From Gemmatimonadota bacterium (GTDB lineage: Bacteria > Gemmatimonadota > Gemmatimonadetes > Longimicrobiales > Gaopeijiaceae): a stretch of DNA of 49,705 nucleotides. The stretch is taken from contig JBDHHQ010000072.1 of NCBI GenBank assembly GCA_039589315.1, positions 1 through 49,705 on the forward strand. Direction: 5' to 3'. A model generated the notes under the pieces. It was not told the DNA's origin. It made no database searches and saw only the letters and a list, made by a program, of their open reading frames with translations. The translations under genes and the position numbers were made by a program. Every line of letters starts with the position of its first letter. The stretch's first letter is position 1. This document shows positions 20,212-29,009 of this stretch, in pieces.

Positions 20212-23117
20212 ATCGCGACGGGGCGGCCGCTCCCGAGATGCTGATATCCGGCCCAATAGTAGGGGGCGGCGAACTGTTCATCCGCGATCATGGCTCGCTG
20301 CGCCGCGACCAGCGCGGTCGACGGAGACGATGCGCCAAGCGCCGCGTAGAACCGCTCGGCGAATACGGCAGACCCGTCGTCGTCCACCGGCCACAGCGTA
20401 GCGATGACGTTGCCGACCCCGGCGCCGAGGAAGCCCGTGGTCAGCGTGGCATAGTCCGCGCCCTGGTCGAAGCGAGTGCTCCAGGAGCGCCCGACCCCCG
20501 TCTCGCACGCAGAGAGGAACACCAACGGCGACGAGCTGCTCAATTCAAGGAGCTCGTGTGTCTCGAGGCGGCCGTCGTCCTCGGAGTCGTCGCCTCCGCG
20601 CGCCAGCACCACTCGCGAAAATAGCGGGTTGGAGGTGTTCATGATTCCGTGAGTCGCGAGGTGGATCGGCGCGCCGTCCGCAAGCGCCCGTCGCACTGCC
20701 GCCTCGGTCGCTTCACTCCCCACCACCACGCGGGCCCCCGGTACTTTCTGACTGACGGCAAGCGCTTCGGCCCGTGTCGCAGGGAGATCGTCGGGTACCG
20801 GCGCGAAGACGGTCAGGGCGGAGCCGTCGGTTGGCGAACCGCGTGTCCCCAGCGCCGTGAACGCATGGACGCTCGGAAACACCCCCAACTCGTAGTCCTC
20901 GATGAGAAACCGGCCTGTCGCAGGATCTCGGAGTGCGGCGAACGGGAGATAGGTGAGCGCTCCGTGTGGGATGACGACCAGGCGCCGTACCCCGTCCAGG
21001 GAGCCCGCCGAAACCAGCGGACCGACCAATGCCTCGTGCAGCCCACGAAGCGTCGACTGTGCCGCGCCCGGATCCGCTCTTGCGATCCGCTCGCGCGCGA
21101 CCCGAAGACGACTGGGCAGACCCTGCGCGTCGAGGCGCGTCTCCACGAGCCGGAACGTGGAGCCAGTCAGTGCAAACGCGCGCACCGATCCAGAGTCGGG
21201 AACGAAGAACGCGACCAGCGCTTCGCCCTCCGCGAGACTCCGCTGGACGTCTTGGACTCCTATGCCCAGTTCGCTGGCTGTCTCGTTCACCTCGTTTCCC
21301 CCGCCCCGGCGCGCTACGAGGCCTTCGAAGTCGTTGCGCCGGTCTCTCAGCAGGCTGTAGAGTCGATCCAACTCGTCCAGGTCGGCCGCCGACCTCGCCT
21401 CGGGACGCGCGCTGCCTTCCAGCATCTCGATGCTCTCCACGAGCCGGTCGATCTCCGCGAGTGCTCGGGTAACGGCGGAAGTACCCGAGGATGTCGAGGC
21501 CGTCGACGGGGACTCGGACCGAGCGACCAGGCGAGCTCGCGCGAGGTCCGAGACGCGAAACGCATCCTCGGAGTGCCCGAACCGGATCAGCATCTCCACC
21601 ATCTGGTCGTATACGGCCCGCTTATCATGGCCGAAACTGGCCCCGAGCGCCGTGGCTCCGTAGCTGCCCTTCACACGCTCGACGGTCTCCAGGGCCCGCC
21701 AACCCGAGGCCAGGGCCATGTCCGGACTTGGGACGTGCGCGTACGCGCTCGCAGCCAGCAGGTGCGCTTCCCACTCCTGGGCGTATCCGCCGCGGGGCAG
21801 GTCGTCCCAGATCGGGGCGAGTGCCTCGAGCACGGCGTTCGGATCGCCGGCGCGGGCCGCGAGCCTCGCCCGCGTCAACGCGACCGCCACACGAGAGCTG
21901 CGCACGCTGAGACGCTGGGCCAGCAGGTCCGCTTCGTCCAGATGGCGTATGACGCCGGGGGAGCGCTCGAGGCTGGAGTTGACCTCGGCGAGCACCAGAT
22001 GGTCCTGCAAGACCTCGGGGTCGGCCTCCACCTGACGGTGCAGGCGAAGCGCTTCCTCGGCCAACGGTAGTGCTTGCTCCGGAGCCCGGAGAGCCAGATG
22101 GATCTCGGCCTCGCCTCGCAGATCCTGACCAGTTTCCAGGGTCAGGCCGAGTTCCTCGTTGATCTCTTTGGCCAACCGGTAGAGGTCCAGCGCGCGCCGG
22201 AAGTCTCCCGCTTCCCGGTGCTGCTCCGCCATGGCCTCGAGGTTACTGGCCTCTTCCTGCCGCATACCCGCCGCTCGAACTTGAGCCAGGGCTGTATCGA
22301 GGGTCGCGAACGCCCGGTCGTGCTCGCCGAGGGCCGCGTAGGCAATGGCAAGGTGCCCTCTGGCGTAGGACTCACTATATGCGCTGCCGGCAGTCCGGTA
22401 TGCGGCCAGCGCCTCGTGGTACGTGGCCACCGCCACTTGCGGGTCTCCGAGTCTCGTCTCCAGTTCGCCCAGGTTGGTCAGCGCGTTGCCCAGGGCTACC
22501 TCGTCGCCGGCCGACTCGCGCATGAAGTCGATCTGTCCTTGGTAGCCCTCACGCGCGTCCTTGAAGCGCCCCACCTCCATCTGCACCATGGCCAAGTTGC
22601 CCCTGGCCACGACCTCCGCGCGGCGATCTCCCGTTTCGCGAGCCCAGCGCATCGCCTCGGAGAGGTGCAGTTCGGCTTGTTCGAAGCGGTTCACGTAATA
22701 CGCGAACATCCCGAGCGCGTTGTAGGACGCCGCGAGCCGGTCGCTAATGCCGTGGGTCAGCCGAAGGTCGAGGGATTCCTGGCCCAGCCTCAACGCGGAG
22801 TCGTAGTTGCCCAGCCGGTTCTCGGCATGACTCGCGCGCATCAGGCCCTGAGCTTCAGCACGAGGATCGCCTGACTCTCGGGCCAGCGGGACGAGGCGCA
22901 GGAAAGCGTCTCGTGCATGGCCAAACTCGCCGAGATCGTATAGCGAGTCGCCAAGCGCGATGAGACCGTCGACGGTGGCCGGGTAGACATAGGCCGGCGG
23001 GACAGGCGCGGCCTCATCATCGACCGATACCGGAGGATCCGCATCAGCCGAGGTGCAGGACGGCAACACGGCGGCGGCCCATACGCACCCGGGCCACACC
23101 GCCCTCCAGGCCTTCAT
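20184..23117 (-). CDS. TPR-CHAT (caspase-like) protein, putative lipoprotein
   Basis: TPR array; CHAT motifs LVVIPHGALTYLPFAAL, IHLATHG (His), FLSACETG (Cys), ATLWPVDD, PYYWAGY; N-terminal AAVLPSC. Confidence 0.9.
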   Translation of the reverse strand: MKAWRAVWPGCVWAAAVLPSCTSADADPPVSVDDEAAPVPPAYVYPATVDGLIALGDSLYDLGEFGHARDAFLRLVPLARESGDPRAEAQGLMRASHAENRLGNYDSALRLGQESLDLRLTHGISDRLAASYNALGMFAYYVNRFEQAELHLSEAMRWARETGDRRAEVVARGNLAMVQMEVGRFKDAREGYQGQIDFMRESAGDEVALGNALTNLGELETRLGDPQVAVATYHEALAAYRTAGSAYSESYARGHLAIAYAALGEHDRAFATLDTALAQVRAAGMRQEEASNLEAMAEQHREAGDFRRALDLYRLAKEINEELGLTLETGQDLRGEAEIHLALRAPEQALPLAEEALRLHRQVEADPEVLQDHLVLAEVNSSLERSPGVIRHLDEADLLAQRLSVRSSRVAVALTRARLAARAGDPNAVLEALAPIWDDLPRGGYAQEWEAHLLAASAYAHVPSPDMALASGWRALETVERVKGSYGATALGASFGHDKRAVYDQMVEMLIRFGHSEDAFRVSDLARARLVARSESPSTASTSSGTSAVTRALAEIDRLVESIEMLEGSARPEARSAADLDELDRLYSLLRDRRNDFEGLVARRGGGNEVNETASELGIGVQDVQRSLAEGEALVAFFVPDSGSVRAFALTGSTFRLVETRLDAQGLPSRLRVARERIARADPGAAQSTLRGLHEALVGPLVSAGSLDGVRRLVVIPHGALTYLPFAALRDPATGRFLIEDYELGVFPSVHAFTALGTRGSPTDGSALTVFAPVPDDLPATRAEALAVSQKVPGARVVVGSEATEAAVRRALADGAPIHLATHGIMNTSNPLFSRVVLARGGDDSEDDGRLETHELLELSSSSPLVFLSACETGVGRSWSTRFDQGADYATLTTGFLGAGVGNVIATLWPVDDDGSAVFAERFYAALGASSPSTALVAAQRAMIADEQFAAPYYWAGYQHLGSGRPVAMAQDSPGPP

Positions 23118-23133
23118 CTGCCCCTTCCCAACT

Positions 23134-23721
23134 TCAGGGGAGGATCACGAGCTCCTGAACCCCGGTCGTCGCGGTCTGCGCACCGGGAAGCAGGGCGTCC
23201 GTGTACCAATAGTACGTAGTGCCGGGTGTGAGGCGCACGGATGATGGAAGAGCCGCCACCGTATCTTCGAGGGCAACCTCCCAGACGATCACCCCCTGGG
23301 GATCCGTGAGCGTGAGCTCGTATCGCGCCCCGGCCTCCGCTGATCGCCACACGAACCGCAGCTCCGCCCGGCTCACCTGCGCACCATCGGGCGGGCTTAC
23401 GACCTCGACCGTGATCGCCCCCTCGGTTCGCTCGCCGCGTTGGAGCGCGGTCGAATCATCCGGCGCGCCTGGGCGAAGCAGCGGGAGTAGCGACAGCGCC
23501 GCGACCACAGCCGCGGCGGCCGCGACGCCCGGCCAGAGCCTGCGCTTGATCCGTGCCTCGTATTCCTCCAGAACGGCCGCTGCGTCGGCAAGCTGCGCGC
23601 GACAGCGCTGGCACTCGTCGAGATGGGCAGCGACAACTACGCGCTCGTCCGCCGAAAGCGATCCATCGAGAAATGCGGCCAGGTCTTCGGCGCCCACGTG
23701 GGCGGATCCTCGCTCGTTCAC
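23134..23721 (-). CDS. Zinc-binding (zf-HC2/ZAS) anti-sigma factor with TM helix
   Basis: LAAFLDGSL...HLDECQRC, TM segment, small beta-rich C-domain. Confidence 0.85.
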   Translation of the reverse strand: MNERGSAHVGAEDLAAFLDGSLSADERVVVAAHLDECQRCRAQLADAAAVLEEYEARIKRRLWPGVAAAAAVVAALSLLPLLRPGAPDDSTALQRGERTEGAITVEVVSPPDGAQVSRAELRFVWRSAEAGARYELTLTDPQGVIVWEVALEDTVAALPSSVRLTPGTTYYWYTDALLPGAQTATTGVQELVILP

Positions 23722-23754
23722 GTTCGTCTCATGGTGTCGGGTTGGCCCTCAACC

Positions 23755-23788
23755 CAGATATCACGGAGGTCACCCCGCGCGTTGCGCC
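23755..23788 (-). promoter_or_regulatory. Candidate ECF promoter, copy 1
   Basis: GGCGCAA-N10-GACCTCCGTGATATCTG in the sigma/anti-sigma intergenic gap. Confidence 0.55.
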
Positions 23789-23809
23789 CGTGCCGTGCAG
23801 AGCTCTGGA

Positions 23810-24463
23810 TCACGGTGACGGATCCTCGATCCCCAACGCCGTCAGACGCTCGCGGAGTCGACCCAGAACCGTGTTCACCCGGCGGTATACATGGAACTTG
23901 GAGGGCAACCCCAGGGATCGAGCGATCTCCGCCACGGGTCGATCGTCCTCAAACCGCATTCTCAATAGGAGACGCTCTTCGGGTTCGAGGGATTCCAGGC
24001 CTTCCCGGAGCGCCTGGCCCAGCTCGTCCTCCCGTACCGCCGTATCCGGGCTGGGGATTCGTGAAGACGGGAGGCGAGTCAGGTCCAGCTCGTCGCCAAC
24101 TAGATCGGTCAGCCGACGCCGAGCAATCCGGGCATCGTCCGACATGCCTTCCTCGTACCTGCCGTACTTCCGTCTAGCGAAGTCCACGCATAATCGTCCC
24201 GCTACCAGCACCAGCCAGGTCGTGAACTTGCTGCGGCCCTTCTCGTCGAACACCCGGAGACGCCGGCATTGATCCTTACGAAGCTCCCCCAGGATGAACG
24301 CGTACCGATCCATGATATCGTCATGGCCCTTCGCCGATTTCCGTGCGGCGAGAAACAGCAGGCGGCTGTACTCGTCGACGAAGGCGGCCCAGGCATCGTC
24401 CTCTTCCTCCGGGGTCGATGCAACGAGAAGTCTCGATAGGCGTTCAGGGAGAGCCGTGGCCAA
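23810..24463 (-). CDS. ECF sigma-70 factor
   Basis: AWAAFVDEY, SKFTTWLVLVAGRLCVDFARR (region 2), LEPEERLLLRMRFED...EIARSLG (region 4); start uncertain (TTG 24463). Confidence 0.85.
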   Translation of the reverse strand: MATALPERLSRLLVASTPEEEDDAWAAFVDEYSRLLFLAARKSAKGHDDIMDRYAFILGELRKDQCRRLRVFDEKGRSKFTTWLVLVAGRLCVDFARRKYGRYEEGMSDDARIARRRLTDLVGDELDLTRLPSSRIPSPDTAVREDELGQALREGLESLEPEERLLLRMRFEDDRPVAEIARSLGLPSKFHVYRRVNTVLGRLRERLTALGIEDPSP

Positions 24464-24720
24464 GGTGGCTTGAGTGCGACGGGGAGCTGGACCGGCGAAT
24501 AGGCACTGCAAAGCTAGGCCGCTTCGGTCAAGGCCGCCAACGGAGCAGGGAGTCCATCTGGGGACCCTATCCGCTCGCCGTCCTCCCGAGCTCGAACGAC
24601 GCAACTCCAGCTGGCTCAGATCGGGAAGCGGATCCGCAATGCAGGAGAGTTGGTCAGAATACCGACCAGGCACCGGATCGGTCGACGTTCTAGCTAATCA
24701 TCATCTGTTGCTTCCCCAAG

Positions 24721-24890
24721 TGAGCCGGCTGGGGCTCGAACCCAGGACGTACGGATTAAAAGCACTCCCGTTCTGGCCCCGAGATGCGGCAATCTCCCCA
24801 CCGTCGCGCACTTTCATGCCGGAGCCTACTGGGTCGGAACCGGGTCGCTAGCGGAGATTCCGGCATCCGTTCTGACCCAGATTCTGACCC
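24721..24890 (-). repeat. att-like unit 2: tRNA-Lys 3' half plus conserved arm
   Basis: 24721-24762 matches the tRNA at 39/42 nt; arm ends TTCCGGCATCCGTTCTGACCCAGATTCTGACCC. Confidence 0.88.
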
Positions 24891-27800
24891 ATCTTTTCTG
24901 CCGGTTCGACTGCCTAATCAGAATCTGCCCCTGTGCGACCAGGGCCTGGCCTTCCTCTCTCCTGGCTGAAAGAAGAAACGGCCGTCCCTACCAGCCCCCC
25001 ACCGGCCCCAGGTACAGGTCCAGCCAGTCGAGGATCTCCCGGACCATGTCCGCGCCCTGCGGAAGATGCCCACCGTCGAGCACCACATGCCGCTTGTGCT
25101 CGGGAGCGGTGCCCAGCTGGTCGAAGAGTGGCCGCTGGGCCGTCTCCACCGGCATCGCGAAATCGCCGCGCCCGTTGATCATCAATACGGGCGTCGTGAC
25201 CCGAGGCGCGTAGTTCCAGGGTACCGCGAACGGCTGCTCGTGCTGCATGTGCGTGGGGTCGTACCCACCCCCGATCCACACCGCCGCCTTGAACCGCCGC
25301 TCGACCACCAGGTACCGTGCCCCGTACTCGGAACCTGCGCTGAGCCCGAGGAAAGCCAGTCGCTCTACGTCGATATCTTCCCGAGACGCGAGGTAGTCCA
25401 CGGTCCGGTTCAGGTCCTGTCCTCTCTGGACGGTTCGCTGGCGACGCTCGACCGGACCGCGAGCCGGGCTCGGGTATTGCCGTTCGTACGATCCCTTGTA
25501 CACGGGATACACAAAGGCTCGGCCACTCCTGAGGATGAAGTGGAACAGCCCCATTTCCGGCAGTGTCGCGCTGCTGGTGAGCACATAAGCAGTCCCTCCA
25601 GGCGAGTAGACCACGGTCTGATACGGAGGCTCGACATCGGTGGGCAGGAAGACGTAGGCGATGACCCGCTCGCCATCGTATGCGGCCGAGTAGCTGACCG
25701 TCTCCCGCCGGATTCCATCTTTCCAGGCCACTGACGACTCCACCGCCGCGTCCAGAGGCAGGGGATCGTACTCGTAGAAGGTCAACCACTGCTCGAACGT
25801 GGCGTCGTTGACCGACGCTATGCCCCGGAAGTCGTACTTCGCCTCTTCGACCAGCTGCATGGTCCGGTCATCCGGACCCACATCGAAGGTGGCGCACCGA
25901 AACCCGTGGTGCTCCGCCCGGTCGAGTGGATCCCGGGCAATCAGATTCTTGTACACGTAGCCGGGATCCTTCCAGGACCCACCCAACACGTATCGGGCTG
26001 CCCCCGTGGCCTCGGTCCACACCCACTCTGCCACGTTCCCTCCCGTGTCGTAGGTGCCGTTTGCCCCGATCCCCGGGAACGCACCCACGGCAGCAGGTCC
26101 GCTGCCCTCGAAGTTGCTCGCCACCGCCGTCTCGGCCCAGACGTCGAAGACTGCGCCGGAGGCCACCCACCAGTGGTGAAGGGTGGGCAGGCGCTTCCCC
26201 GCGAAGGCGCAATAGGCGGCGGCCTCGTACCAACTCACGCCGCCCACCGGATAGTCGTCTTGGCCTTCTGGAAACCGCCCGACCTCCCACGTAGCAGGAC
26301 CGGTTCGGCCAGTCGCGTCCTCGAGTTGATCCAGGACGGTCTCCCACGACGCATCCGACCCCGCCAACGCGTCGGTCCAGTGCGTTGGATCCTCATATCC
26401 GCCTTGGTCCACGAATGCCTGGTATTGGGCATTCGTCACTTCGAACCGGTCGATCCAGAATTCATCGACCGGGACCGGCTCGGCGTCGAGCTGCGGGTAG
26501 ACTCCGGCCGGCACGCGCACCATTCCAGGCGGCGCCTCAGCCAGCGGTGTCAGGGTGACATGAAGGGCCCCGTACCCGGCCCCGCCGCCTCCCTCGTGGG
26601 TTTCGTACCCTTCTTTCACGGCCCGCACGCGAATGTGGCCCCAGGGCATCCGCACACCCTCGACCGGAGACACCCCTACGGACACCCACGGCGCCTCGGC
26701 GTCGAGATAGGGCCGGAAGAACACCTCGGCCCCCGGAGGATCGGTGGTGACGCTCACCTCGACCGTAGCGCTCTCGATGAGCTCTGCGAGCACCGGATCA
26801 CCAGGGATGAACCGCTCGGCCTCTCGAGCCAAGCTGAAGGCCTCGGCGTAACGGATCTCCTCCAGCAGGCCTGCAATTCTGGGAAGTGCGTCTGCCCGCG
26901 CCCACTGCTCGTCGGCCCGCTGCTGCCCGGTGCGGTAGCTCCAGACCCCCAGGGCGAGCACCGCCAGCACAGCGGGTATCGCGACGACTGGCCGGCGCAG
27001 GACCCGGGAGATCGAAACCTCTGCGGGACCGCTGCCCGGGCGCATCCGGTTTCGGATCGCGCCGAGGCTGACTATCAGGTCGCCGGACGTCGCTCTACGA
27101 GCCCGGTCCTTCTCCAGGCAGTCCGCAACCACCCGGACCAGCTCCGGAGGGACGGCCGGCCGGTGGTCTGACACGGAACCGGCCTCTTCGTGCAGCACCT
27201 GCTCGAGCACCGCGACCTCGTGGTCCCCCATGAACGGTGGCCGCCCGGCAATCATCTCGTACAACACGCCTCCCAGCGAGAAGACGTCGGCCCGGCCGTC
27301 CACCTCTTCTCCCCTGGCCTGCTCCGGTGCCATGTACGAGATGGTTCCCAGCGTGCTTCCGGCCTTCGTGAGCTTGGTTTGACCCTCCAGCTTGGCCAGG
27401 CCGAAGTCCACGAGCTTCGCCTGCCCGTCGGCCGCCAACATGAGACGGCCTCGTCCAGCCCCAACGGGTCGCCCTTCAACCGCTCGGCTAGCGACTCGCC
27501 CTCGTAGTACGCCATGACGATGAACGTCTGCCCGTCCTGGGCTTCGCCGATCTCGTGGATCGAGCAGATGTTCTTGTGCTCCAAGGCCGAGGCCGCCTTT
27601 GCCTCGTGGACAAAACGTGCCTTCTCCTCGGCGGACTGATCGACGCGGGGAGAAAGGAACTTGATGGCGACGAGCCGGTCGAGCGTCTGGTCCCTGGCTT
27701 TGTAGACCACACCCATTCCCCCCACCCCGAGTTGCTCGAGAATCTCGTAGTGGGAAATGGTGCTACCGATCATGATCGCACTCGCCACTTCGCATCCCCG

Positions 27801-28138
27801 CGCTCCCGCGCCGAACGAGACGGGCGGACCTCGGGGCAGTCGACCGACTTCTGGAAGATGCCGCGCAGGACTCGACAAGAGCAAGCGTCGCCGCCGCTGG
27901 TTTCACGTACCTGAAGGAACGGAGTAATGGGCTGTGGCTCGCGCCGCCCGCCCCTTACCCGGTTGAGACTCTCGGCCGAGAATGATGGACCGAATCATGT
28001 TTCCGAGGATCGACGAGGAGGCGCGCGAGGCGTAGAAACGTAGCCCCGGTCCCACTGTGAGTCCCACAGTGAGCCCGGGGCGGTGGCGTAAGAATATGAG
28101 CCGGGTGGGGCTCGAACCCACGACCTACGGATTAAAAG
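24763..28138. mobile_element. Putative island B (single kinase gene cargo), no integrase
   Basis: Bounded by tRNA-Lys 3' fragments at 24721 and 28097. Confidence 0.6.
24988..27773 (-). pseudogene. Ser/Thr kinase-TM-FGE-sulfatase-alpha/beta hydrolase fusion with internal deletion and frameshift near 27443
   Basis: LGVGGMGVVY, VAIK in one frame; DFGLAK, YMAPE, EVTNAQY, PVGGVSWYEAAAYC, GNVAEW, GFRC, GLSAG in another; HRD loop absent. Confidence 0.85.
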
Positions 28139-28266
28139 GCGGGTCGTTCTGGGCCCGAGATGCGGGAAGTTCCCCGACACTACTGGGGGTTTGTGGGGAA
28201 CCTGCCACACCGAATCCGCCACGGTAGGGCAGATTCCGGCATCCATTCTGACCCAGGTTCTGACCC
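28096..28266 (-). repeat. att-like unit 3: perfect 43-bp copy of the tRNA-Lys 3' end plus conserved arm
   Basis: 28096-28138 is identical to 47828-47870; identity stops at the anticodon loop. Confidence 0.92.
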
Positions 28267-28272
28267 GAGATT

Positions 28273-28455
28273 CTGGCCCAGCTCCTCCTCCACAGTCCTT
28301 AGGGAGATCTGCTTGCCGTTGTCGGTCGTATGGAGCCGAGCGATGGCGTAGGTGTGCGGGAGCGTGGTGATCCTCGGAACTTCCGTCATCTCGGCTACCT
28401 TCGTGATCGCCCAATCCCCTCTTGCACGAACGCCGTCGCAAGGACGACCGGTAGT
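28273..28455 (-). pseudogene. Degenerate tyrosine integrase remnant
   Basis: TGRPCDGVR...AITKVAEMTEVPRITTLPHTYAIARLHTTDNGKQISLRTVEEELG resembles box II (HTLRHTY...ELGH); it abuts the att arm. Confidence 0.65.
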
Positions 28456-28524
28456 CCCGTGATCAGCGGGGGTGGACCTGGACCCCCGCCGTCGTTGCTT
28501 AGGGGTGAGGCGCTTAGCCCCTTG

Positions 28525-28542
28525 GGGCGGTCGGCACCGCCC
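28525..28542. terminator. GC-rich hairpin, possible terminator
   Basis: GGGCGGT-CGGC-ACCGCCC; no U tract. Confidence 0.3.
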
Positions 28543-28587
28543 TCGGAGGGAGGGTGGGGGTGAGGGACCAGGGCCCCAAGCAGCGAG

Positions 28588-28880
28588 TTACCGAACCGTC
28601 ACCGCCGACATCCAACCCTTCGCTCCCAACGTCCATCGAACCACGGCAGCCGGAGCACTTTGCACGTTCTCGCTGACTATAGGGGCGGACCCGAGCGGGT
28701 CCGCCTGCAGCCCGTAGGATGTTGCACTCCCCAGGAATCGCCCAACGTCGAACTGCTCGCGCTCCTGGCTTCCGACCCTGCCCAGGCGAAAACGCACGCC
28801 GTCCCGCACTAGGTAAGCCGTAAGGTCCGACCACATGTGGTTCTCGATCACTACCGAGACCTTGCTGAGCTTCGGCGGCT
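28588..28880 (-). CDS. Small beta-rich hypothetical protein, 5' end unclear or eroded
   Basis: VSVVIENHMWSDLTAYLVRDGVRFRLGRV...LQADPLG; no clear start or signal. Confidence 0.45.
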
Positions 28881-29009
28881 CAATGTGTTTCCGTGCTTCC
28901 GGCGGACCACGCTCGAGCCCCAGCCGGTGCACCGACGTGTGCACCCGCGCCGCTACACCTAGCTTACCCGAGTCACCCTCTCCCCCGCGCCCTCGAAACC
29001 GGACAGTCC

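Larger units (their letters stand above)
17348..24762. mobile_element. Putative island C (ECF/anti-sigma/CHAT plus lipoproteins), no integrase
   Basis: Bounded by tRNA-Lys 3' fragments at 17306 and 24721. Confidence 0.6.

Noticed and set aside
17306..28138. Three additional tRNA genes
   Set aside because: They lack the 5' acceptor strand, D-arm and 5' anticodon stem; only 3' halves are present
17306..28266. CRISPR array or type III-E locus suggested by repeats and CHAT
   Set aside because: The repeats are kilobases apart and tRNA-derived; no cas genes or spacer-sized intervals
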